NCBI GenBank assembly: GCA_016215625.1
Contig: JACRIW010000016.1
Location: 6,025-70,024 of the forward strand
Direction: 5' to 3'
Source of the DNA: Candidatus Eiseniibacteriota bacterium
Lineage (GTDB): Bacteria > Eisenbacteria > RBG-16-71-46
DNA length: 64,000 nt
The notes beneath the pieces were generated by a model. It worked only from the letters and a program-made list of their open reading frames with translations. It was not told the DNA's origin and made no database searches. Each line of letters opens with the position of its first letter. Position 1 is the stretch's first letter. Shown piece after piece: positions 17,308-27,115 of this stretch. The position numbers were made by a program, and so were the translations under genes.

Positions 17308-20300
17308 TCACGAGAAGAGGTCGGGGGCTTCGGGCTTGGGTGGGGCCGGCTTCGGCGACTTTGCGCGGGACTTGGCTGCCGACTTCTTGGCGGGTTTGTC
17401 GTGGAGGCCTTGGGCGAGTTCTTCGGCGTGGCGGTCGTGGTTGAGCTGGAGGAGGCGAGCGAGCACTTCGCGGCGGGCGGGGTCGCTCAGGGTGAAGCGG
17501 GTGCCTTGCTTGGTGGCGTGGAAGTCGTGGCCGAGCGCGAGGTCGGTCCAGCCGTAGGCATCGGAGACGGCGCGGTCGAGTTCGACGTGGAGCGCGCGAA
17601 GTTGCTCGATGTCGGGCGATTTTTCGGCGGGCGAGTGGAAGCGGTTATAGGTGGCGGTCAGGCCTTCGCGTTCGGCTTCGTACACTCGAAGCCGATGTTC
17701 GACAAGCTGGCCGCGTACTTCTCTTGCGTGGAGAGATGCTAGATGGAATGGAAACACCTCAAACGTGTCCGTCAAAACGTAACGAACCCTACTTTCAAGG
17801 GTCGAAGCATACGCCCTGACCCAGGCCTCATAAATCGTCGACTCCAACGGAGCCCAGAGTTCCGCATCGACAATGACATTAAGCCCCACGTCGAACACCT
17901 GAGCAGGATTCGCCGAATGATGTGCAATGAACTTCGTGACGCGGCAAGCTACAAGCACACTGTCCAAGCTATGAACCGCGGCGTAGAGACCCATCGTCGG
18001 CCGCGCAAACTGCCACCAGCGACGAGCCCGATCACGCGCAGTGGCATCCCCAGCTGCAAGCCTCTCTCTCTCTGCGCGTGCCCTCTCCTCAATGAGCCGC
18101 AAACACTCCGGATACTCCGCCGCCACCGGCCCCTCGTATCCCTCCGGCGCACTCGCTCTATCCAGCGGCCAGTCGTGGAAGTTGATCACCCAGCGGCTCG
18201 GAGACTGGTCCCATCGCGAATTGAGATCTTCACCGTTCAGGTACGGGAACAGCACGTCGCGATTGCGCGGATCGCGGGCAATCAGCGCTTGCGCTTCCTC
18301 GGGCTCCAGCACGAACCCCATTCCGAGCACGATCGAACCCTGAAACGACTTCCCCGCGTTCGCGGCCAGCCGATACGGCTTGCCTTCCACGCTGCCGGGC
18401 ACGGTCAGGTAGGGCGTGATCCCGCCCACCGCGTTGCCGTCGAGCACGTGACCACCTGCCCACGCGCCGCGTCGCACCCACAGCAGCGCCACCTCGAGGT
18501 TCGCGACGCCCGGCCACTTCTGGCTGGCCACCGCGCGCGGGCACACGTAGCCGTCGGCCAGCAGCGTGTCGAGCCCGACCTCGCGCGTGTCGCCCTGCGC
18601 AATGGTGTTGGTCGCGATCATGCCGATCGCCCCACCGTCGCGCAGCAGTTCGGCCACGCGCCGCATGAAGTAGGCGCTCAGGTCGGCGCTGCCCGTGGCG
18701 CCGTGCGCGACGACCTTCACGAGATACGTGCGGTAGTCGCTGCCCATGGGACCGGTGATCTTCTGTCCCCCCAGGAACGGCGGGTTCGCGACCATCGAGT
18801 CGAAGCCACCCTGCTCGAACACCTCGGGAAACTCGATCGCCCAGTGGAACGGCCGGCGGCTCATGCCACGCGGCGGTTTGGCGGCATCGAGCAAGCGCTG
18901 CCCCTCGGCGCGCAGTTCGGACAACCGCGCGGTACGTTCGGCGCTGCCCTCGGGCGTGTCGAACAGGTCAGCCGCGCGATCGCGCGCCGCGCCCATAACA
19001 GATTTCGCGTTCACGTCCTTCGCGTGACCGGCCAGCGTCGCGCCCACCAGCAAGTCGCCCAGCGCGCGCAGTTCCGCCAGCCGCGCGTCGGCTTCGGCCA
19101 GCAGCGCGGCCTTGCGCTCCGCGTCGGCGGCGCTCAGCACGGGGAACCCTTCCAGTTCGCGCCGCTTCTCCGACGCGGCGGTCAACGCGGGTGCCACCAG
19201 CCGCTCGAACGTCTGCAGCTTCTGCCCCGCGGCTTCGCCCAGATCGAAGTAGCGCAACTGCTCGGGCCGCGTCACGCCCAGCAGTGAATCCCCCGCGCGC
19301 AGCGCGTGGTCCAGAAAGTTGAACGGGCGGTCCTTCTGCAGCGTGACCAGCCACAGCGACAGCTTGGCCATCTCTACGGCCATGGGGTTACGGTCCACTC
19401 CGTACAGGCAGCGGTCGGCCACCAGTCGCATGGCCACTACGCGGCGCTCTTCGTCGTCCAGCGGCACCAAGCGTTCACCCGCGGCGCCGGTCGAGGGCTC
19501 ACCCTCGGGTGTCACGCGCACCGCGCCGGGCGCGGCGGATTCGGCAGCGGACCAGGCGTCCAACAAGCGTTCGGCAAGGTAGCGACAGGCCTGCACCAGG
19601 AAAGCGCCCGAGCCCATAGCGAAGTCGCACACCTTCAGCGTCAAGAGTTCGCGCGCAGACCTCAGCTGCCACTCGGCTTCAGGCAGGCCTTCGGCCGGCC
19701 CGCGGTAGACCACCGGCTCCAGCGCGTGGCGCACGATGGGCTCGGTCAGCGTGCGCGGCGTGTAGTGCGTGCCGCTGGTGCGACGGCTGTCGCCCGCGGT
19801 CACGTACACGCTGCCCGCCCGAATCACCACGGGCGCCTCGAGCGTGTCGTCGCGCACCAGTCCCAGCCACGGCTTCACGCGGACGTAGAGCTGCTCGTCG
19901 TTTCCGCACGATCGACGCGCGCGCGCTTCGTCGCGCACTACAGGCTGGGCGAGCGCTTTCTCGAGCGTCTTGCGGGTGCGCCCGGTCTGCTCTTCGAGGT
20001 AATCGAGCAGCTCCTTGCGCCCCTTCTGCTCCAGCGCCTCGAGCTTCGGCAGCGGCACTTCGGGTTCGAGCGAGCCGCCCAGCCCGAGGATCGGCGCCTC
20101 CACCGCGGCCGCGCGCACGGCGGTGTGGTCGAGCAAGCCCTCGTACACATGGCCCACGTCTTCCACGTCGAGCTCGCGGAACGACAGCTGACGCCGCTCG
20201 CGACCGCCTGGCACTTCGACTTCCAGTTCCTGCAATGCAGTCAACAGGTGCAGCACGGTGCGATTCGACACGGCCAGCGGCTGGGCGGCAGTGTCGCGCC

Positions 20301-21456
20301 AGTGCGTACCAGCCTCGCGGCCCTCAAGGAACGCGAAGCGGTCGGGATCGAACAGCGACCCGCCGTATGCGGGGAATGCCAGCGCCTCGTGCCGCGCGCC
20401 CTCGTGAATCAAACGGAACGTGGCCAGCAGACGGCCCCATGCGTCGTAGCGCGACTCCAGCACTTCCTCGCCGTGCTGGTCGGCGGCTTCGCGCAGCTGC
20501 TCGCGCAGCGTGGACACGGCGTAGTCGCGCGCGTAGGACTCGCTGCCCTCGCCCATCAGCCCTCGTTCTTCGGCGGCAAACAGGAACACCAGCCGCATCA
20601 TCACGGTGAGCGCGCCTTCGTACACCTCCACCGGAGGCACCCGGGACAGCAGCTGGCCCTGCCGCGTGCGGTCGGCGGTGTCGAGCGCCTGCACCAGCAC
20701 TTCGACGGCGCGACGCACCTGCTTGCCGAGCTGGTCGGTCACCAGATGCTGCTTCGATCGGCTGCGATCGAGCATGGCCTCCAGCGTGTGCTCGGCCGCC
20801 ACGGCGAAGAACCGCGACGACTCGAACAGCGCATAGAACGCGGTCAGGGTGTCGCGTTCATCCAGCCACAGGTCCACGTCCCAGTGCGCCACACCGGGCA
20901 TCTCGCCGGGCACCAGCTGCACGAACGTCCACTCGGCGCCGTTGGTCACCAGCCCCAGTCGTACGCCCGTTCCGCGCAGCAGCTCGACCATGCGGTCGGT
21001 CGGACTCGCTCGCCACGTGCGGTCCTGCAGCGGGCGATCCAGCTGCTGCCGGGGCGTCACGATGCTCACCAGCATGCGAACCCGCTGCCCATCGGGATGG
21101 CCCTCGGGGTTCTGCAGCAACAGATCGGGCGACAGCGTCTCACGGCCGAGCGGCGCCTGCGCCGTGGGCAACGTCACGCCCGCGCCCAGCGCACGCACAC
21201 AGCCCGATGGCCAGCCGAGGAAGTCGCGCACCACGTGCTCGCACCACTGGCGGTGCAGCGCCAGGTCGGGGCGCGGGCCCGAGACGGCGTCGCGCCATTC
21301 GGACAAAGCGTCGCGCAGCCACTCGAACTTTTCGGTGGGCGGCGCGGCCATCCCCTGTGGCCATACCTCCACCAACACCGGCGGCGACAGGAACGGCCCT
21401 GCGGGCTCGGCAAAGCGGAGCCATTCGAATCGCTGGCGCATCGGGCGGCGGCTCAT
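17308..21456 (-). CDS. drmMI: DISARM DrmMI, large N6-adenine (gamma-class, Eco57I/PglX-like) DNA methyltransferase
   Basis: Motif I is VCDFAMGSGAFLVQACRYL and motif IV is SMVANPPFLGGQ (NPPF). The HYTPRTLTEPIV block is typical of these approximately 1300-aa defence methyltransferases. The ATG at 21456 overlaps the drmD stop (ATGA). The listed ORF extends to 21516. Confidence 0.8.
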   Translation of the reverse strand: MSRRPMRQRFEWLRFAEPAGPFLSPPVLVEVWPQGMAAPPTEKFEWLRDALSEWRDAVSGPRPDLALHRQWCEHVVRDFLGWPSGCVRALGAGVTLPTAQAPLGRETLSPDLLLQNPEGHPDGQRVRMLVSIVTPRQQLDRPLQDRTWRASPTDRMVELLRGTGVRLGLVTNGAEWTFVQLVPGEMPGVAHWDVDLWLDERDTLTAFYALFESSRFFAVAAEHTLEAMLDRSRSKQHLVTDQLGKQVRRAVEVLVQALDTADRTRQGQLLSRVPPVEVYEGALTVMMRLVFLFAAEERGLMGEGSESYARDYAVSTLREQLREAADQHGEEVLESRYDAWGRLLATFRLIHEGARHEALAFPAYGGSLFDPDRFAFLEGREAGTHWRDTAAQPLAVSNRTVLHLLTALQELEVEVPGGRERRQLSFRELDVEDVGHVYEGLLDHTAVRAAAVEAPILGLGGSLEPEVPLPKLEALEQKGRKELLDYLEEQTGRTRKTLEKALAQPVVRDEARARRSCGNDEQLYVRVKPWLGLVRDDTLEAPVVIRAGSVYVTAGDSRRTSGTHYTPRTLTEPIVRHALEPVVYRGPAEGLPEAEWQLRSARELLTLKVCDFAMGSGAFLVQACRYLAERLLDAWSAAESAAPGAVRVTPEGEPSTGAAGERLVPLDDEERRVVAMRLVADRCLYGVDRNPMAVEMAKLSLWLVTLQKDRPFNFLDHALRAGDSLLGVTRPEQLRYFDLGEAAGQKLQTFERLVAPALTAASEKRRELEGFPVLSAADAERKAALLAEADARLAELRALGDLLVGATLAGHAKDVNAKSVMGAARDRAADLFDTPEGSAERTARLSELRAEGQRLLDAAKPPRGMSRRPFHWAIEFPEVFEQGGFDSMVANPPFLGGQKITGPMGSDYRTYLVKVVAHGATGSADLSAYFMRRVAELLRDGGAIGMIATNTIAQGDTREVGLDTLLADGYVCPRAVASQKWPGVANLEVALLWVRRGAWAGGHVLDGNAVGGITPYLTVPGSVEGKPYRLAANAGKSFQGSIVLGMGFVLEPEEAQALIARDPRNRDVLFPYLNGEDLNSRWDQSPSRWVINFHDWPLDRASAPEGYEGPVAAEYPECLRLIEERARAERERLAAGDATARDRARRWWQFARPTMGLYAAVHSLDSVLVACRVTKFIAHHSANPAQVFDVGLNVIVDAELWAPLESTIYEAWVRAYASTLESRVRYVLTDTFEVFPFHLASLHAREVRGQLVEHRLRVYEAEREGLTATYNRFHSPAEKSPDIEQLRALHVELDRAVSDAYGWTDLALGHDFHATKQGTRFTLSDPARREVLARLLQLNHDRHAEELAQGLHDKPAKKSAAKSRAKSPKPAPPKPEAPDLFS

Positions 21457-24400
21457 CGTGCCAGCCTCGCCGGCACGAGGAACGAAACCGCGAACGGGAA
21501 CAGCCGAGGCTCGCACGACGCGAAGCGAGCCTCGATCAACCGACGCTCGGCATCGATCTCGGCGGGGATGCGCTCGAGCCGCAGGCGCATGGCGTCGCGG
21601 TTGTGCTGACGCTGCGTGCGCTCGGATTCGAGCTGCAACTCGAGCTGTTCGAAGTCCATGTGCGTCATGCGTGCGCGAATGGACTTGGCCAGCTCGTTCA
21701 GGATGGCCGCGCTATCTGCCGCTTCCCTAGCCCCGCGCTCCGCGAGCTTCTTCTGCATGCCTTCGGCCAACGCCCGCATGCGCGCCTCCAGCGCACGCTG
21801 GAGCGGATCGCGCAGCCTGGGCCATTGTTCGGCGAATCGTGCCTGCACGCTGGCCGGCACGGGCTCAGACGTGGCGGCCTCCAACGCGGCCTGCGTGTCG
21901 CCCACGCCCAGGCGTTCGGCGCGCGGCGCCTCGAGCCGCAGGCCGGCGGCGATGATCTCTTCGTGCACGCGCCTTTGGTCACCGCCCAACACCACCACGC
22001 GGCCGTGCGCAACCACTACGGGATCGCGAAGGGCGGTGTCGGGCACGATGCGCGCGGTCACGCGGTGCAGGTGACGGCGGTGCTGCGCGTCCCACATCTC
22101 GCCGCGCAGCAGCCGAAGGCAGTTCGAGACCAGCCGGTGGTGCAGGTGCGCGAGCACGACGTCGTCATGGCCGTCGGCCAGCGTGGCGTCGAACACCACC
22201 GGCCGCAACACGCCCGTGTGCGGGTGCGCGAGCCCTTCGGCGCACGCCAGCCACGAGCCGTCGAACGGTGGCAGGCGCCACGCTTCGATCTGCGTGGGAG
22301 CGCCGTCGCGGTTCGTGCGAGGAAGCACCACGCGTTCGAGGGGCGGCCGTTCGGCGACCGCGAGCCCGGTCTGCACCACGTGCAGCACGTTCTGCGGGCT
22401 CAGGTGCAGGTCGCGGCGCGTCTCCTGAAGCTGGTCGGTCAGCTTGCGCAGCTCTTCTGCCAGTCTGCGCTCGAACGTCAGCTGGCGGCGCACCTGCTCG
22501 CCTTCGCTCTCGGCTTGTTCGGTTTCCATGCGCCGTCGCCCGCCCAGCATGGCCTCTTCGACCTGTGTGGCAATGACCGGCCCCACCTTGCCCAGATCGC
22601 GACGAATGTTCTCGACCTTCTCCGCCGCACGCGCGAGGAACTCCAAGTCGCCCTCGAGTCGCCCGGGCGGAACCTGTGGATCGCGGCGGCCCGTTTCATA
22701 GCCGCGGGGCACGAAGTGGTGAATGAGCACTTCGGGTTCGGCCTGGCCACGACGATCCACGCGGCCGTTGCGCTGCTCCAGCCGCATCGGGTTCCACGGA
22801 ATCTCGTAGTGCAGCAGCCGGCTGCAGTGGTTCTGCAGGTCGATGCCCTCGGAGGCCGCGTCGGTCGCGAGCAGGATGCGCACTGCAGAAACTACCGGGC
22901 TCGCCTGGAACGCCGCCTTCACGGCTTCGCGCTGATTGGTCTCCATACCGCCGTACAGCAACTCGAGACGGCCGTCCGCGGCGAAGCCCTCGTGCGCGAG
23001 CAGGTCGTGCAGCCACTTCTGCGTCGAGCGGTACTCGGTGAACACGATCACGCGCTTGTCGCCCCAGCTTCCGCCGGGGCGCACGGTCGCCCGCAACCAG
23101 TCGAGCAGCTGCTGTGCACGCGCGTCGGCGCGTTCGGCCAGTCGGGCGGCGCGCTCACGCAGACTCTTCAGCAACTCCTTCGCACGCACATCGGGCCGGC
23201 TCAGCGTGCGCGTGGCCTGTCGCACGTTCTGGGCCGTCTCGCCTTCGATCACGTCGTCATCGGCTTCGTCGTCGAGCTCGTCCAGCAGCCGGGCGAACCG
23301 CGCGGCGTTGCCGGCAGGTTCGGTCGCCACCTGCTCGCGTGCGCGAACCGACTTGGCGTGCTCTTCGATAGTGTCGCGGAATGCAGCGGGAGAAGAGAAC
23401 AGTCGCTTCTTGAGCAGCTTGGCCACGAACTCGCCCGCGTAACACCGGCCGCCCTCACGAGCGGATCGCACGAGCCATGCGGAGTAGTCCTGCAGCTCGG
23501 CGTGCAGCACGCGCTCGTCATCGCCGTACTCCACCTCGATCGGCACGATCCGGCGCTCGGGGAACCGGCGCCGGCCGTCCCATTCGCGAATCTGCGGTTC
23601 GTCCTTCAGCCGGCGCACCATGACCGCCTGCAGCTGCTTGGGATCAGGTGGCACGTCGGGCATGAAGCGCTGGTCGTCCAGCATGGCGAGCAGCGAGCTG
23701 AAGCTCTCCGAATAGCCGTTGTGCGGCGTCGCGGTGAGGAACATGCGGTGCTCGAAGTGCGGCGAAATCTCGCGCAGCATGCGTGTGCGCTGCGAGTCCG
23801 TGGCGTAGCGACCGCGCCCCGAGGGCGCAAGGTTGTGGGCCTCGTCCACGATCAGCAGATCCCACTTGCGCGGGTACACGGGCTCGCCCGGCGCGGGCAG
23901 CCCGTGCCGAAACAGCTGCATCGGGCGTTCGCGCTTCAAGTAGTCGTACGACGTGATCAAACGCGGGAAGTGCGCCCACGGATTCACGTGGGGTCCGCGC
24001 CGACGGCGCAGGTCGCGCATCAGTTCGGTGTCCACGATGCGGAACTCGAGCCCGAACTTCTCGCGCAGCTCGTCGCGCCACTTGATCTGGAGCGCGGACG
24101 GACACAGCACCATCACGCGGCGGGCACGGTGACGCAGCAGCAGTTCCTGCAGTACCAGCCCGGCTTCGATCGTCTTGCCCAAGCCGACATCGTCCGCCAC
24201 GAGCAAGTTGACGCGCGGCATGCGGAGCGCGCGAGCGAGCGGCTCGAGCTGGAAGTCCTCGATCGCGACGCCGCTGCGGAACGGCGCCTGCAGTGAGCGC
24301 GCGTCGGCCGAAGCGATCGCTCCCCAGCGCACGGCGTCCACGAAGGCGTCGAAGCGCGCGGGATCGTCGAAGGCCGCTGGCTCGGGCAGCGACCGCTCGT

Positions 24401-24728
24401 CGTCGAGCCGGGCGCCGGGCTCGATCTCCCAGATCACCTCCAGCGTCTCACCGTGCGCGTCATCCTCGACCGAGGCGAGTGCCACCAGGTGTTGCGGCTC
24501 GAGCTGGGGCTGCAGCGGATCGGGCGCAAGCTCGCTGCGCCGCACGTCGGTCACGACATAGCGGCGTTCACGCACGCGAACGATCTGGCCGGTTTCAGGA
24601 GCCGAGGACATGGGGAGATATGGGAAATCCGCACGGGAAGGGATTGGGATTCCGGACGGCGCGGACTCTACCCTATCCGGCCGGAGCCGTAACGGATCGT
24701 GTCGGGAGAGAGCGCCGGAGCGGCTCAC
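21453..24728 (-). CDS. drmD: DISARM DrmD, SNF2-family helicase
   Basis: SNF2 motif I is LLVADDVGLGKTIEAG, motif II is DLLIVDEAHNL and motif VI is HYEIPWNPMRLEQRNGRVDRRGQ. The longest ORF starts with a GTG at 24728, only 16 bp from the upstream gene. An internal ATG at 24611 (MSSAPETGQIVRV) would leave a 132-bp promoter region, so the start is uncertain. Confidence 0.8.
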   Translation of the reverse strand: MSRSGALSRHDPLRLRPDRVESAPSGIPIPSRADFPYLPMSSAPETGQIVRVRERRYVVTDVRRSELAPDPLQPQLEPQHLVALASVEDDAHGETLEVIWEIEPGARLDDERSLPEPAAFDDPARFDAFVDAVRWGAIASADARSLQAPFRSGVAIEDFQLEPLARALRMPRVNLLVADDVGLGKTIEAGLVLQELLLRHRARRVMVLCPSALQIKWRDELREKFGLEFRIVDTELMRDLRRRRGPHVNPWAHFPRLITSYDYLKRERPMQLFRHGLPAPGEPVYPRKWDLLIVDEAHNLAPSGRGRYATDSQRTRMLREISPHFEHRMFLTATPHNGYSESFSSLLAMLDDQRFMPDVPPDPKQLQAVMVRRLKDEPQIREWDGRRRFPERRIVPIEVEYGDDERVLHAELQDYSAWLVRSAREGGRCYAGEFVAKLLKKRLFSSPAAFRDTIEEHAKSVRAREQVATEPAGNAARFARLLDELDDEADDDVIEGETAQNVRQATRTLSRPDVRAKELLKSLRERAARLAERADARAQQLLDWLRATVRPGGSWGDKRVIVFTEYRSTQKWLHDLLAHEGFAADGRLELLYGGMETNQREAVKAAFQASPVVSAVRILLATDAASEGIDLQNHCSRLLHYEIPWNPMRLEQRNGRVDRRGQAEPEVLIHHFVPRGYETGRRDPQVPPGRLEGDLEFLARAAEKVENIRRDLGKVGPVIATQVEEAMLGGRRRMETEQAESEGEQVRRQLTFERRLAEELRKLTDQLQETRRDLHLSPQNVLHVVQTGLAVAERPPLERVVLPRTNRDGAPTQIEAWRLPPFDGSWLACAEGLAHPHTGVLRPVVFDATLADGHDDVVLAHLHHRLVSNCLRLLRGEMWDAQHRRHLHRVTARIVPDTALRDPVVVAHGRVVVLGGDQRRVHEEIIAAGLRLEAPRAERLGVGDTQAALEAATSEPVPASVQARFAEQWPRLRDPLQRALEARMRALAEGMQKKLAERGAREAADSAAILNELAKSIRARMTHMDFEQLELQLESERTQRQHNRDAMRLRLERIPAEIDAERRLIEARFASCEPRLFPFAVSFLVPARLAR

Positions 24729-24743
24729 CCACCGCCTGAGCGC

Positions 24744-25685
24744 TCACAACTTCCCCGCGAGCCACCTCAGCGCGTTGATCGCGAACTGCCGGTTGTCGAG
24801 GCCGGGCTCGTTCATGCCCATCTTGAAGTCGCCGCCGCGCCCGGCGAGCTGGGCGCTGAACATGGCGGCCTCGCCGCTCACCACGACGCGGCCCTGGCCG
24901 AGCGTGAACGCGATCACCTGCGCGCGGCCGGCCGCGGACTCGCGCGCTTCCTTCGGCGCCTTGCCGCGCGCACGCTGGAACGCGCCGTACGACATCTTCA
25001 TGTCGTACGCCTCGTCGCTCAGCGCGCACAGCGCCGCCGCGCCGGGCGGTCCGGCGACGGATTGGCCGGTGAACGTCTTCACGTGGCGCACGCGCTCGGA
25101 CGCGTCACGCCCGCGCACGATCGCGTGCGTCGTGTCGAGCCCGTCGCCGGGCCGGTAGTGCACCATCGTCTCGGCGCCCTTCTCGCCGCGCCGCGGGTCG
25201 GCCGCGTAGCCGTTGCGCAGGTCCACGCCCAGCGCGCGCGCGAGCGTCGCGGTCGCGGCGCCGAACGGCGCGTGGTCGGCGATCAGCAGCAGCGCGCCGC
25301 CGCGCTCGACCCAGGCGCGCACCGCGGCGCACTCCTCCGGCGTGAACGCGTCGCGCTCGGCGTTCGCTCCGCCGAGATCGAACTCGCCCGCGGCATTCGC
25401 GATCACCAGCAGGTCGCACGCGTCGAGCGATTCGCGCGTGAACGCCGCCTTGCCCGCGCTCACGCGGAAGCCGTCCGAGCGCGCGAGGCCGGCGAACGGC
25501 CGGTAGCGCCCCGTGGCGGTGTGGAAGTTGAAGTGCGCCTCGTCGAGCACGAGCCGCGGGCCGGCGCCCGGGGGCCAGAGCGGCCGGGCGACTCGCGTGT
25601 CGAACAGTGTGTCGGGCACCTGCTGCGCACGCGCGGGCGCGGCGGCGCACAGCAGGATCGTCAGCAGGGCGGTCGCGGTCTTCAT
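24744..25685 (-). CDS. Secreted hypothetical protein (signal peptide)
   Basis: MKTATALLTILLCAAAPARAQQ is a signal peptide. The ORF is 313 aa and plausible. There are no diagnostic catalytic motifs. Confidence 0.5.
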   Translation of the reverse strand: MKTATALLTILLCAAAPARAQQVPDTLFDTRVARPLWPPGAGPRLVLDEAHFNFHTATGRYRPFAGLARSDGFRVSAGKAAFTRESLDACDLLVIANAAGEFDLGGANAERDAFTPEECAAVRAWVERGGALLLIADHAPFGAATATLARALGVDLRNGYAADPRRGEKGAETMVHYRPGDGLDTTHAIVRGRDASERVRHVKTFTGQSVAGPPGAAALCALSDEAYDMKMSYGAFQRARGKAPKEARESAAGRAQVIAFTLGQGRVVVSGEAAMFSAQLAGRGGDFKMGMNEPGLDNRQFAINALRWLAGKL

Positions 25686-25767
25686 GCGCGCGAAACTAGC
25701 GGCCCCGCGGCGCGAGGCGCCCGCGCTTCACGACCAGCGACGCGTTCGCGCCGCCGGACGCCGGGCG

Positions 25768-26529
25768 TCACTGCGCGACGTTCCACCTCAGCAGCAGGAA
25801 CTCGTCGTCCATCTTGCGGCCGTTGTTGAACCGCCGGTACGACCAGTAGATCGCGGCCTGCGAACCGTCGCCGATGGGCCCCATGTGCAGGCTCGCGACC
25901 AGCGCCTGCGCGCTCGCGGCGCCCTTCACCAGGCCGTGCGCCGAACGGAACGTGGCGAACCAGGTCCAGTCGAGCCGCGCCGCCTGCTGCTGCATGTCGG
26001 GACGCGCGGTACCGATCAGGTCGAGCCGTCCGCGACGGTTGGTCGCCGTGCCCTTGTCGAGATCGATCACGGTGCCGTTGATCGGCGCGAGCTTGCCCCA
26101 GCCCTGGAGCGTCCAGCGGTTCGCGGAGCCGTCCCGCTTGAACGTGAGCGTCACGCGCTGCGTGACCGCGAGCGGCACGTTGGCGGACTCGTCGAGGTAG
26201 CGCTGGTACTCCGGCTTCGTGACGCCGAGGTTCGGGTGGTAGGGCAGCGGCCGGGCGTGGCGCTGCGTGTAGGCCTGGAACCAGCCCGGGTTGCGGCGCG
26301 CGGCGGCCTCGAGCTTGACGGCGATGTCCTCGACTTCCTGCGAGTACTTCGGGCTCAGGATCTCGACCACGACCGGCCTGGCCGGAATGATCCGGGCGAG
26401 CGAGTCGGCGGCGCCGCCGCGCGGGTACGCGCGAGCGGCCGGAGCCGTGAAAGGCCACGGGCCGGACAGCATCAGGAGCATCAGCGTCGCGAGGAGGGGC
26501 CGCCCCGCGAGGAACGTCCGTGTGGACAT
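25768..26529 (-). CDS. Secreted hypothetical protein
   Basis: The M13 start gives MSTRTFLAGRPLLATLMLLMLSGPWPFTAPAARA, a signal peptide. The protein is 253 aa. Confidence 0.45.
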   Translation of the reverse strand: MSTRTFLAGRPLLATLMLLMLSGPWPFTAPAARAYPRGGAADSLARIIPARPVVVEILSPKYSQEVEDIAVKLEAAARRNPGWFQAYTQRHARPLPYHPNLGVTKPEYQRYLDESANVPLAVTQRVTLTFKRDGSANRWTLQGWGKLAPINGTVIDLDKGTATNRRGRLDLIGTARPDMQQQAARLDWTWFATFRSAHGLVKGAASAQALVASLHMGPIGDGSQAAIYWSYRRFNNGRKMDDEFLLLRWNVAQ

Positions 26530-26584
26530 GCAGCCTCCTCGTGCGGTGACGTACGCGCCAGTCATCGGCCCGCTCGGGGCGCGG

Positions 26585-27115
26585 CTACAGCCCCAGTTCG
26601 GCGCGGGCCTTCTCGTAGGCCGCCCGCGTGGCGGCGTCGAAGCAGCAGCAGGTCACGCACTTCAGGCTCGTGCCGGGCTGCTCGAGCGCCGCGGCGATCT
26701 CGGCCAGCGCCAGCGGGATCGCGCGCTCGAGCGGGAAGCCGTAGATGCCCGTGCTGATCGCCGGGAACGCCACCGTCGCCAGCCCCGCCTGTGCGGCGAG
26801 CGCCAGCGCCGAGCGGTAGCACGACGCGAGCAGGCGGTCCTCGCCCTGCTGGCCGCCGCGCCAGACCGGCCCGACCGCGTGGATGACCCAGCGCGCGGGC
26901 AGCTCGAAGCCCGGCGTCATGCGCGCCTCGCCCGTCGGGCAGGGCGCCTCCTCCTCGCACGCCTCGGCCAGTTCGGGGCCGGCCGCGCGGTGGATGGCGC
27001 CGCACACTCCGCCGCCCGTGGCCAGCGCCGCGTTGGCGGCGTTGACGATGGCGTCCACGTCGAGCGTGGTGATGTCCGCCTGCACGACGCGAAGACGATC
27101 GGCCAACCGCACGGG
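26585..27115 (-). CDS. Macro-domain protein (O-acetyl-ADP-ribose deacetylase / YmdB-like)
   Basis: RVVQADITTLDVDAIVNAANAALATGGGVCGAIHRAAG and later AFPAISTGIYGFP are canonical macro-domain motifs. A GTG at 27115 with GGAG 5 nt upstream is preferred over the TTG at 27181. Confidence 0.7.
   Translation of the reverse strand, partial: PVRLADRLRVVQADITTLDVDAIVNAANAALATGGGVCGAIHRAAGPELAEACEEEAPCPTGEARMTPGFELPARWVIHAVGPVWRGGQQGEDRLLASCYRSALALAAQAGLATVAFPAISTGIYGFPLERAIPLALAEIAAALEQPGTSLKCVTCCCFDAATRAAYEKARAELGL

Noticed and set aside
17743-21609. Two long + strand ORFs (514 aa and 767 aa)
   Set aside because: They are antisense to drmMI, whose methyltransferase motifs I and IV are unambiguous. 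The + frames are low-complexity.
21207-24296. 1029-aa + strand ORF
   Set aside because: It is antisense to drmD, which carries clear SNF2 motifs. Its composition is shadow-like (runs of R/A/G/L) with no motifs.
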